Positions 14,641 through 26,804 of a DNA stretch of 64,000 bases are shown here, piece by piece (the stretch's first letter is position 1; each line of letters opens with the position of its first letter). Source of the DNA: Paragordius varius. Taxonomy: Eukaryota > Animalia > Nematomorpha. Both the position numbers and the translations under genes were made by a program. The stretch covers positions 5,006,490-5,070,489 of the forward strand of contig OZ176058.1 in the NCBI GenBank assembly GCA_964247055.1, written 5' to 3'. Below the pieces are notes generated by a model that saw only the letters and a list, made by a program, of their open reading frames with translations, searched no databases and had not been told where the DNA came from.

Positions 14641-16551
14641 CTTATGTTTTAAAACAAATATATTTGTATTTAGTTTATCTGATAAATTTTATTTTTACTG
14701 TATTTACACAACTATAATTTCTAAAATAATTAATACCAAGTTAATTCTGGATAAAATGTTCAGCAATCGAGTATAGAAATAATGTTTTTAATATTTTAAA
14801 GCATTTTTATCCCGTTTGCATCATGCCTTAAAAGTATGCTTTAACAAAATTTTGATAAAAATTAAATTTTGAACGTTTTATTTTATGCCATAATCTACAG
14901 CATTTTTTTTCTCTTTTTTAAAAAAACCATTATAAAAGGGCTTGGAAATTTAGGAGCCTACATATAAATTTTGAAACTTTTAAATTTATTTGCATTATAT
15001 ATTAAACAACATTTTGTTCTCTAACATAGGGGCTGATTTTTTAACCCTTTAATATTAAACAATTGGAAATAACTTTCTTTCACACGTAAGGCGCATATCC
15101 AAATGATAATTAATACATTTATTTGAATAAATTAGGATGCTTTTATACCCCAAAATTTTGGTAGCAGTCTATATGTTAATGATAATTCTGTGAAAATTTA
15201 CTATTATTATGATTAATTTTCAAATCCACAATCTCAAAGGGGGCCATGATTGAAGGGGCGTCGGATTTTAAATAATTTTAATTTTAGCGCTGGAATTAAA
15301 AAATAGGTACGCCTTTTTAAAAGTTGATATTTTAAATAATAAATAACCACTTATTTTATATTTTGATTATTTTTTTTGAATGAAATTCAAGGAGGGGTCT
15401 CATGAAGGGGGTAAGAAATGCAAGCTATGCCTCCGTTAAAAGATATATATATAGATAAATAGAATAATGTATAATTTATTTATTAAAACAAACGAACGCT
15501 TCAATTAAACACCAGTATTTAGTATTTTGTTTGGTATTCAAAAAGCGTTATTATGGGTTCTTCCTCTTAAGCTACATAAGTAACAACAGATTGCCTCCCT
15601 TCACAATTCGATAGCTAAGATAAAAATAAATACAGTAAAAACTGCTGCTGGAATTAAAAAGCATAAATATCACTGGACAAATATTTTTTTCTAATTAATT
15701 TTTCCCCCATATAAATTAATAATTACAATTATAAAATATAAAATTGCTTGTCTGTCACCAATAAACATATCAAGTTTATACGTTACAATTTAATACAATG
15801 AGTTGTATATTTAAAAATAAAGTTTAAAAAATATGAATGTTGTATTTTTAGAAAAAAATATTTGTCTTTATATTTTTAGTTGTGCGTATAATTTCAATTT
15901 TTACTGTAATATTAAATCATTGGATACAGTGGCAAAATACGTAACAAAAACTAAAACACAAATATTTTTTGAAAAAAGACACCCATACTTTTTTTAACCT
16001 TTTAATCAATAATAATTCCTTACAATACGAAATCATAAGTTTTATTTAACGTGTCTTAGAAAAATATATGCCATTTTGTTTTTACCTTTATTTTAACTAA
16101 ACAAAGTTTTTTTAGTTTTAAACTAATTTATAAACAGGTAAACAAAAATTATGCAATTGTACCATTAACCAAAGTTTTGCTTTATTCTATAAATGATAAA
16201 TTGTAAAGACAAAATGTAAAATAATAAGGTTGTTACGATATTCCAACTATAACGCATACAATGTGATAAATGATATAAAATTCATAGCTCTTTTTAATCT
16301 AAGCCGTATAAAATTAGAATTTTAGTAAATAGAGTTTCATAGAATATTTTATGTGTTTTGATATTATAAAGGATCACCACGATTTTTTAATTTGAGTTTT
16401 AGTAAAAAGTTAACTGTATGTTTTTAGGCTATAAAAGACCTTAACAAGTTTTATCATAATTTTTTAATTATCCACACTTCTCTTTACCATTCAATTTTCT
16501 CTTGCGGCTAAGCTGTCTGAACAGAAAAATCCTTTTTTGTGTTCAGATAAA

Positions 16552-19454
16552 TTAAATGCCTTCTTTTTGCACCCATACAATACAATTGTTTGAATGTTCA
16601 AATTTTTTTACCGCTAGAGTGGCCATCGTATTCATGGCGAGCCCAGCTATGGCGTAGTTAACAATTCGACTTCCTTCATTCTGGCCTCTAGTTTCTCCTG
16701 GGGTGACTGTTACCATGGGGACAGGCATCATCGGATTTCCTTGTGTTACAACGCCATTTACAACAGTCAAGGTCAGCATCATGTTGGTTACAGCTAAATA
16801 AAATGTAGCCTTAAGTATATGTATTTAAAACACAGGTGTCAACATGCGGTTTTCCACAATATTTCTGCATTCTTTGATGAAATTAGTTAGATAGAGATAT
16901 ACAGTAAAAATTGAAATTATACTATGGACAAAACGTGTAAAAATGTTAAACAAATTTTTTTATAAAGACAATCATACTTTTGAACCTTAATGGTTCTTTA
17001 AAAAACCGTTTATTTGTGAAAATGTGTTCACTTTTTCATCGCCCTTTTTCTTTTGGTATTTACATATGGCTAAAACAGGAAAAATGTATATTGTGGTTGA
17101 ATATAGAAGCCGAAAAAATCATAGGCTTGAATTTTCCACTCTAAAAGTTAAATATGACCTTTGATGAAAACAATGATTAATTTTAACCAAAAACAAACTT
17201 CCAAATAGTGTATATACAAGTTTAACTGTGCGAAACACCACGACCCTAAAAGGTATTGTGTTGTTCACACAACCATAAAAATTTAATGAAATGTTAAATA
17301 TCAATTAAGTAATATGTGTTGCATATAAAATTTTTGTTCGTTCCATTTATACAAGTTGGAATTAATGAAACGCTACTTTATAAAATATTATCATAAATAA
17401 AAATGCAAAAAGTTACTCATGGTGCAACCATTGTAAGTGTACACATTTAAAGAAGCCGTACAAGGAGCCATTGCACCCGCGGCAATTATTAGGAAATTAG
17501 CGGCGTTGCCTCTCACTATACGACTTACAAGGGCGGGCGTCATTATGTCTGTTCCATTTAGGGTAACCGTACATTGACCTACCAATTTAAGTTAAGCAAG
17601 AAAGGAAAATTAAAATTTCTTAATTCAGAAAATATTTTGCTTAATATATCAAGAATTATTTTGTTTCAGGATATAATTCAATAGTGTGTGTTTTACATTG
17701 AGCAATTTTAACTATATACACTCCGTCCCCAATTACTGAAGATAATATAATATATTCTGTGAAGTTGGTTTTTGTGATTGATTTAAAGAGAGTATTAAAA
17801 ATTTCGTGATTAGATCTTCATTGGAGAAAATGGCAAAATTTGCTTATATTCTATGATTTTTTTAAGGAAAGCTAAATATACCACTAAAATATATAATAGA
17901 CCACATATAAAAAGCAATGTTTAGATTTAGGCTTCAAAAGTTCCAAATTTTTCTGCATTTTAAAATGGGCTACTTCACAAACTCAAAAATGCCGAAAATC
18001 CGAACTAGAAATATTAAATATATGCTAAAATTTGAAATACAAATAATGGATATTTGTAAAAATTTGGTTTTATAACAAAATTTTGTTGAAGCGTGCATAC
18101 TGTTTTAAAGCGACTGTATAGTTTGATGCTGATTAATATTACCCAGAATTTTACTATAAAGGTTGTTTGCTGTTAAATATTGAGGAGTTTTTTAAACTTT
18201 TAATTAATATCAATTCAAGATTAATTAAAATTCTGAGGTGATAGAAATGCTCAGCGTCATTAAATAATAAAGATAAAGTATTTATATAATACCAGAATGT
18301 TATGAATTACAGTAAAAATTAAAATTATACGGAACTATAAATATAAAGACAAATATTTTTTTAAAAGGCAACCATATTGAATCTTGATTTTTTTAAAATA
18401 TAACTCATTGTTTTAAACTGCAAATTATAAAATAGAAATGTTGGTGGCCCAATCAATTATGTAGTTTAATTTTGTGTTTAAATATTATATATATATATAT
18501 ATAAGGTTTTAAAGAGTATAGTGGAGGTCTTTCAAAAAATATTTTTGTCTTTATATTTTAACGTTTTGTCCGTATAATTTCAGTTTTTACTTTTCCAGCG
18601 GATCATCCATTGTTTCTGAAAAAACTTTTTTTGTTGATAAAATTTAGCATAAAGTTATTTTATTGCGCAACTTCGACATTTTATACTTATGTTTTAAGAA
18701 AACTGGCCCATTTAATAAGGGCAAAAATTTTATTTTAGAGCAAACACCTAAATTTATAAATTTCATAAGATCAAGCATTATTCACCAAAAAAATTTGTTA
18801 AACAAAATGTTCGCAAATCTCGCCATTTTTTAAAGCATGCGTAAAAGTTAAAATAAAAGCCCCATAATACTCCTAAATTACTTTATCTGAATTATAATTT
18901 ATTAGGATAATTTTATATGAACAATTTATTTTATATCCAATACACCACCCACTTTAATGATTCGCATTATAGATCTGTAAATTGGTAACCATAATTTTAT
19001 TAATTAAATTTTAAATTTATGTAATAAAAATGAAGATATATATTTTACCATCTATTTGATTAATTTCGGTAAATGATTGAAAAATTATACGGACACAACG
19101 TAAATATATACAAACAAATATTTTTTTCTAAAAGACAACCATACTTTTAAATCTTGATTAAAGTGATTTTTTCTAATCACAAAGGATAAAATAGTATGTT
19201 AATTGGTAACACAATCGATAAACTAATTTTTAAAAAAGTATGGTTGCCTTTTAAAAAAATTTTTGTCTTTTTGTCCTTACAAATTTCTGCATCTAAATTA
19301 TTTTAGTTTGTATTCATTGAGCCTACCGAGGAGTATATATGTTCACTAAATGTACGACACATTTTTTTTTTTAAAAATATATATAAAGCTGACCTTTAAC
19401 CATGGGCATTTGCATTATCAGGAACAGGCATACTATGGCACAAATAGAATACAT
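16552..19454 (-). CDS. Secreted small protein, family member B; complement(join(16552..16793,17417..17578,19394..19454)), 154 aa: MYSICAIVCLFLIMQMPMVKGQCTVTLNGTDIMTPALVSRIVRGNAANFLIIAAGAMAPCTASLNVYTYNGCTMTVTNMMLTLTVVNGVVTQGNPMMPVPMVTVTPGETRGQNEGSRIVNYAIAGLAMNTMATLAVKKFEHSNNCIVWVQKEGI
   Basis: Same three-exon phase-1 structure and splice positions as gene A. Lengths 61+162+242=465 are in frame. Clear protein homology to A (GQCxVTLNGTDI, CTAxLNVYTxNGCTM, TLTVxNGVVTQ, GETxGxNxGSRIV). Confidence 0.85.
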
Positions 19455-20214
19455 GATTTATAAATTAGGATTGGATGAATAAAATAGACAAGTATAAAAT
19501 TAGATTTGAAAGCGCCCCCTTTTATAGCATTTTCAAATGGGTTAAGGACTATTTTTGATATGTTAAAAAAATTGTTGAAGGACATTAGGATTAAATTTCA
19601 TTAAAAAATTTGATGTAAAAATGTCAAGACAAAGACAGGTATCAATATCGCTGAAATATTATACTTGTTTTAATTATTATAAGTTATAAATGATTACTCA
19701 TATTAAATTACCAAGGTCTATGTAGGCCCATCATCATTTAAAATTGATATATAATCGCTTTTCGAAAAATTATTAAATTATGATTTAAATAAACCTTTTT
19801 AATTTATTTCAATTAACATTACGCTTTTTTGGAAAGTATTATGTTTCACTATTTTATTAATCATTTTAGTCTTTCAGCTTCTATATTCAAATTTTAATGT
19901 ATTATATTAAAATAAGGGATGTTGTCATATAACTTGGATGTAAAAATTTAAAATTCTGTTGAGCATACAGTAAAAATTGATGACTGAATGTAAAAACTAA
20001 GAATTATGGTTAAACACAAGATCTAAAAATATGGTTGTCTTTTTTTAAAATATTTATCGATTAGTTTTCCGTGAATAACTAAATTTATGAGTGGTTAAAC
20101 ATTTAAGGTTTATATTCCGAACTGGGAGCAGACAGCTTAGTTATAAGTTTAACTTGTTTTGGGGGAAACAACACATGTAATTTTGAAAAATCAATTATTT
20201 AGTTTATTAAAAAA

Positions 20215-20500
20215 ATTATCCATCAACTTCTACATATTACCCATCTCTTAGGTAGCTTATGAATGTCATACAAGAAAAAACTATTTTGCAGATAGCCCCT
20301 TCTTAAGCTATCCTCCGTCTTCAATATTGCTCTATAAACTACGCTGATGCGGAGAGGTAATAGTTAGATGGCGTCAGGCCAGGAGAGGGCGGATGTAGAA
20401 ATTTTTCTCACAGTTTAAGAGTGTCTGTCATTGGTTTTTCTATGTGAGACGGTGCATCGCTCGTAAAAAAACTTTCATCAACTGACCCATTCCTGTCGTT
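20215..20500 (-). mobile_element. Mariner transposase C-terminal remnant
   Basis: The minus strand reads DAPSHIEKPMTDTLKL*E..LHPP-SPGLTPSNYYL..IHKLPKRW, matching the mariner consensus HDNAPSH..DTL..WEVL.HPPYSPDLAPSDY..GIHKLPERW, with frameshifts. Confidence 0.75.
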
Positions 20501-21729
20501 TTAAGTAGCATAGTTTATTAATTATTAGTTGGTAGTATTGTGATATTAAAGGTTTCACAGGGCTTTAAAAGACACTAAAATTTTGAAATTGTACGGACAA
20601 AACATGAAAATATAAAGACAAAACTATCTTCCAAAAGACAATCTACTTGGTAAATCTGTTTTTATCTCTATATAACTTATTGTTTTTAACGGCAAAGTAT
20701 AAAATAGAGAAGAGATATATAAAACTAACATAATCAATTCTATGTTTTTACGGTTGTAACTAAATAGCTTATATGCATAAAATTAAAGTTTTATTTAAAA
20801 GAATGGCTGTCGTTTAGATATAAATATTTGTCTTTATATGTTTACGTTTTGTCCGTATAATTTCAAGTTTTACTGATATACACAATACAACTCTGGTCAC
20901 ACCAGACACAAAGGATGGTCTTTTATCTTAGTGTTCATGGATAAGCTTGTTAAAATAAAAGTCACGATTCCGTTTTAGATTTGCAAAATAAGGTCAGTCA
21001 TATCCTGCCCACATAGATGCAAAAATAATTTCCTTTCTTGACGTTAAAGCAGCAGTGTTTCACAACTCACTTTGCGATTTTCATTTCAGGTTCATGTAAA
21101 TTTTGTGGGATGACTTACCGATTTGTTTTTTCCATTTGTCGTATACCTCTACTGATATCGTTTTTTGAAACATATAATATCATATATTTTCTAAAAGACA
21201 ACCATACTTTTATAACCCTTAATTTTTCTCATATTAATCATATAATTACAATTATAAATTTTTATACTTTACAATTTAAAACAATGAGTTATATTTTTAA
21301 AGATGAAGTTTAAAAAAGTATGGTTTAATTTTGGAAAAAAATTTGTCTTTGTATTTTTAAGTTTTGTCCGTATAATTAAAATTTTACTGTAAATTTTTAA
21401 TACCATATTTCACAAGTTTTAATCGATGGAGTAGATTCACCATATATTTCTACCATCAAATAATAATTTTTAACAGTTTTTTTCTTGTATTGGCGATGAG
21501 TGCTGCAAATGCTTTTTCTTAGGTACAAAATTCGACATAATTACTGAATAGACGATCCTTTTTGGCGGACTTAATTGAGTGTGTTTTTAATTTAATGTCA
21601 GATAAACTAAATGGGTATTATCAAAATAATCTGCACTTTTTCCGCTTACGGCTATGAATTAGTAATGCTAAACCTGATAAAAGGTTTTAGTTATTTGATA
21701 TTTCAACGAGATTTTTAGACTGACTATGT

Positions 21730-22010
21730 CACAGCAACCAATCTCTCACACAACAAAACCCAAAGAAAGACAAAAATCCTTTGATGGAAAGTTTAACCCG
21801 TCCGCCCCCTCTCCTGACCTATCGCTATATAATTTTCCCTTTTCTCTGTGTACACACGCGCATAGCAGCACTATAATATAAGTCATTGAAAAATGGCTTG
21901 ACGAATGGTTTGCGGAAATAGTTAATCAGTTTTTCTCATATGGCATTCTTATATTATCTATGAGATGGGCGAAATGGTGGAAGTTAATGGAAAATTTCTA
22001 AATTATATAA
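21730..22010 (+). mobile_element. Second mariner transposase C-terminal remnant
   Basis: Contains a decayed HPP(Y)SPDLS motif at about 21798-21825, followed by VIEKWLDEWFA..QFFSYGILILSMRWAK..VNGKF, matching the mariner C-terminus (KKWLDEWF..FF..GI..L..RWEK...GKYF). Confidence 0.75.
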
Positions 22011-22862
22011 GGATTTCCTTTAGAATATGTAGTCCAAAAAAATCCGGTAAAACTAACATAAATTATAGCTATGGCATCATTTACAAATGCGAGAATTTTA
22101 ATCGATTAATTTTTTTAATTAACCCAAATAAACTGTTTATAACCGTAAAAATTCAGTCTTATAGTGATTATCGTTAAAAGATTATAATTATCATTTTAAA
22201 TATTCAGGAAATTGTGTGTTTAAATTTAAAACCAAATATAAATAAGTATCAAAATGATGAATAAATTATATATTTTATTTAATCGTATTTACTCTGTCCA
22301 AACGATGTCAACGACAATTTTAGTACACAATAAAATAAATTAAGAAAATATATCTATTATTGGCGCAATATTAATAATTTAGAACCATATCACATTTTGA
22401 CGATTAGTTTTTAGGGTCGATTTATACCCCAGAACTGGCAATATACTACTGTTTTGTAAGGTGTTTGCTTTAATTTATCTGACATTGTCCTGTTTTAGAG
22501 AAAAGCTAAAATAATTTCCAGAGTGCATAATCTGAAATTATGTTATATGAAGAGTTGCAAGCTTAAATTTAGCCTGCTTAACTTGAAACGAATAGCTTTT
22601 TATAAAATACACTAATATCAATCATTTTCTGATAAAATATCCTTGAAAACTTTAAAATTAATAATTTATATTTTATAACCATAACATGCATACATTTGTC
22701 TTGTGTGGCTTTTTTATAAAAATGAGAAAAAAATAGTAGCTAAAAAGGTTTGAGGATTTTTACAATTTTATATAAAATAAAATTTTGATTCATTCCTTGG
22801 AATTGCAAGATTTTATTAAACTCGTGCTGGGATCTAAAATTACCCTGATAACTAATGAAACT

Positions 22863-23381
22863 ATGAGTACGGGTAAAAATATTGAGTTTGAAAAAGCATT
22901 ACATATATAATACCGTATTTAAGCTGACAATATTTTATCATTGTCATAACAGTTTGTTTTATAATTTATTAGTGAAATGTTATCACAAAAAAACATTTGA
23001 AATATTTAACTTAAATACATGTAGTATATTTCGATGAAACATTGTAAAAGCGTTAATGAGATCAAGAACACCAAAATATCACTTTCACATATATTGTGAT
23101 GTGTTTTTTTTCGAAAATAATTGTCAAGTGTAAGGTTTCATCTTTTTTCTATGTAAAAATACCATTATCATTTACTTTCAATGATAATAATGTTTAAATT
23201 TTATTTAAATTTTACCTTAGGTTTAATATTTATATTCTTCTGTCTCAATAATAATTCGATTCTATGTTCTATGATAGGAGAAATCGAAAATTCTAACAAA
23301 CGGATTTTTACTTACCGATTTGTTAGACGGAAATTCTTGAACGACACTCTGAATAATTCACAACATAGAAAATTGGTTTAA
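22863..23381 (+). CDS. Candidate small two-exon peptide gene, join(22863..22872,23221..23381): MSTGLIFIFFCLNNNSILCSMIGEIENSNKRIFTYRFVRRKFLNDTLNNSQHRKLV
   Basis: ATGAGTACGG|gtaaaa donor and taccttag|GT acceptor are phase compatible. There is a hydrophobic N-terminal stretch and a basic RRK site. No homolog in the window. Confidence 0.25.
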
Positions 23382-23592
23382 CCTAAAATTTTTATGCAAA
23401 GCCATAATATATTACTAATAAAAATTATTCTTAGAATATGACAAATTAGCGGAAAACGCCATCTTTATAGTAAATATTAAACTCCATAATATATTACTAA
23501 TAATAAATATTATTGTTTTAGTAAATATACTTTAATTTCCATTTATTCAAGCTTTAGTTTTATTTTGAGATATAAATGAAAAAATAAAATTA

Positions 23593-23878
23593 CAGTAAAA
23601 ATTAAAATTTCACGGACAAAAAGTACAAATATAAAGACAAATATTTTTTATATACAACCATACTTTTTTAAACTTGATTTTTTTGCATATAACACATTCT
23701 TTTAAACTCCCACGTATAGAATAGAGATGTATATTGGTATTATAATCAATGAAATATTTTACCATTGTTACATGTTTTTAATAGGATAAAAGGGTTTAAA
23801 AAAGTATGGGTTGTGTTTAGATAAAAAATTTTATCCTTATATTTTTACGTTTTATCCGTATAATTTCAATTTTTACTG
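23593..23878. mobile_element. MITE family B reference copy (about 285 bp, about 85-bp TIR CAGTAAAAATTGAAATTATACGGACAAAACG..AAGACAACCATAC, TA TSD; Tc1/mariner-type ends)
   Basis: Long inverted termini flanked by TA. Full or near-full copies at about 4263-4520, 7256-7528, 10401-10689, 18310-18591, 20575-20876, 24032-24202, 25176-25457, 34101-34383, 36422-36685, 44432-44660, 45700-46130, 49425-49651, 49815-50090, 52252-52528 and 59500-59770, plus many half copies. Confidence 0.85.
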
Positions 23879-24362
23879 TATCTTTAAGTTAGATATTACA
23901 ATAAGAACCATCTAACATCAATATATACTTACTAACCCTTTCTTATAATCAAACCTTAAACAGTATTATAAGAGTTTTAATTATTCTTGTTCAAAGCATT
24001 AAAAACTGGTTTCTAGCTCGATTCAAAAATATAGTAAAAATTGAAAGTATACGGACAAAACGTGAAAATATTGAGACAAATTTTCTCAAAAGTTAATTAT
24101 ACTTATACCAATTACATCTCTATTCCATACTTTGCTTTCTAAACAAATATTCCTTTTTTGATATTTTGAGTTTTGTCCATAATATAATTTCAATTTTCAC
24201 TGTAATTACATTAGTAAATATACATTGCTAGAAAGTTATAAATTATTGCCAAATAGCATATACAACAAGGGTAGTATTATTGACTTTTAGTTATTTTTTT
24301 CAGCCAATAATAAATTCCTTTTGCTGCAGAATATGCTATTTGACAATAAATATAGCAATATA

Positions 24363-24718
24363 TACCATTTACAATTCAATTTCACCCGTAAACAATTCAA
24401 ATTCACCCTTGAACGATTAAAATTCACCCTCGAACCATTATTCACCCTCAAATAAAATATATTTTTAAGATTAAAAATTACCTATATTTTATATATTAAA
24501 AAAAATTTTTGTTTTAAATTTAATTAATACTGAAAAAATTATAAACTATACCATGAACATATATTACATATTAATAATGAGTTATATTAGTTCGAAAACA
24601 ATAATTTATTTTTAGTGGGAATTTGAATTGTTCAAAGGTGAATTTGAATTGTCCAAGGGTGAATTTGAATTGTTCAAAGGTGTTGAATTGTTCAAGGGTG
24701 AATTTGAACTGAAAATGG
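24363..24718. mobile_element. MITE family A copy
   Basis: Starts TACCATTTACAATTCAA and ends TTGAACTGAAAATGGTA, with 21-bp subterminal arrays at both ends. Confidence 0.85.
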
Positions 24719-26804
24719 TATAAATACTTACTCATACTCTATATGGCTTGCACAAGCAGAAATTAAAATAAATCTCAAACTCTCCAAAATGTGTGAAAGA
24801 TAGCTTTCACGCGTGCCTATAATATGCGCTATTAACGGTAATTTGTATAACTTTGTGAAAATATTAATTAAACATTTTATTATTCTTAAACTCTTTTTCA
24901 TTAGACAGGGCCTATAATAGCTCATGTTTAATTTTCATCTTTTAGAAACATAAAAATAATTTCAAGCTTATCAAAACAGTTGGGGAAAATTGCCATTTCC
25001 AAACACGGTTGTCAGTTACATTCATAACTAACTAAAAAGCATAAAGAGTAAATCAGTGTTAATGAAACCGTGGTCCTAAAAGTGCCGTTTTATTAAATTA
25101 TATAAACATTAATTTTTTTAAAAATTTAGTTAAAAAAACCATTTTTGCGATAATTTACATCCGTTTAAGATACTACAGTAAAAATTGAAATTATACTGAC
25201 AAAATGTAAAAACATAATGACAAATTTATCTTCCTTAGACAACCATACTTTTTCAAACCTTAATTTATATTATACTCATTTAATAAAAATCGTAAAATAT
25301 GTCGTTGATTGTTTTACCAATATACATTTCAATTTATCACTATGGAATATAAAACAATGGGTTATACTTAAAAAATCAAGATTTTAAAAGTATATTTTAA
25401 TTTAGTAAAAAATGTCTTTATTCACGATTTGTCCAGATATAATTTCAAATTTTACTGTACAACTGTGGGAGAATCCATAATTTTCTCAATGATATCCACA
25501 TTGAGTTAAGATTAATTTTTATACGATGCATTAATGTAGTTACGCAGAGTTCATTTTTTTGTTTTGAGGCAGGAAATATTATTAAAAATATAAAATAAAT
25601 TTGACGATGACAAATAGTTTTTTAGATCTGGGAAAGGGCACGGATTGCCGTTTAATAATTCTGTGCTTAAATATTTATAGCTTTAACATATTTTTATGTA
25701 TTTTGCATTCAGACAATAAATGTGTTTCGATTCAAAATAGGATAACTGACGACAAGCTTGTTTAAAATCAAATAATTTATAAAATTTAAAACTATGGTAG
25801 TTGAGCTTATTAGGGATGCACAAATATATAATAAACATAATGTAAAATAAAAAATGTACGCAGCATGACATGTACTTTGATGTATATCTTGCAGTGCATT
25901 TTTCCTCTTATGATCCCTTTTAAAACGAAGATCCAAAAACACTGGAGAAAAAGCATTGGATTAAGATGTTGCTGCTTTTATACAACTATATTTTATCTGA
26001 TTTAACTCAAAGTACCTCTCCCATACCAAAAATCTTTAAAAGAGTAATTTACTCAAGGTATTTCATATTATACCATAGGAGTGTAAAAATACTTAAAAGT
26101 TTGCCATAATAAATTAAAAAATTTGGTCTGTAGTACAACTCTAAAACGGTTTTCGAAAATTTTAACTGGTTAAGGTTCCTGTTTTTTATATTTTTTAGCT
26201 CCAGAACCGGCTTTTTAAAGGATGGAACATGTTCCAAAACGGTTATTAAATTTAAACACTATTCCGGTTGCGGCTCTTAACGTGGAACAACGGTTCTGGT
26301 TTTTTTCTGTTTACTGCATAGAAAATATTTTTTTAATACACCTATGAGTCATTGTCGACTAAGTTTTATACAAATATTTAAAATTTGCGACAGTAATCTA
26401 TATATTTATAAAAATAAAAAGTGGTGGCTTTTGTTTCCGGAAAACCGGTAGACCCATTCAAATACAAATGTCGAAAAAATATAAAAATTAATGAATGCTC
26501 CGGCAATAGCTTTGTCATTTTGAATTGGGCCACCAGTTCGGGCCCACCCGGTGTAAAAAACGGGTTTTTCGAAAACAGCAGTCCACAAAAATCGTGTCTT
26601 TGAGACATTTCAGGAAAACGTGTTGGAGCATTCGATTTCAAATATGATTTTTATACATTTTTTACGATTGCGCCGAACATTGTCGGCTCGCTTTTTTAAT
26701 TAAAGCCCTCTTTTTACCCGCTCCCCCCGTAAAATACCATTTTTTTCAAAAAACTAAATCCACAAAAATAATTTTTTGAAACTATTTTCGCCCAAAGTAT
26801 GAGA

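Noticed and set aside
25709-25942. FLDLRFKRDHKRKNALQDIH ORF conserved with 2374-2480
   Set aside because: The similarity is explained by the inverted duplication. The left copy has an in-frame stop and there is no splice or start support.
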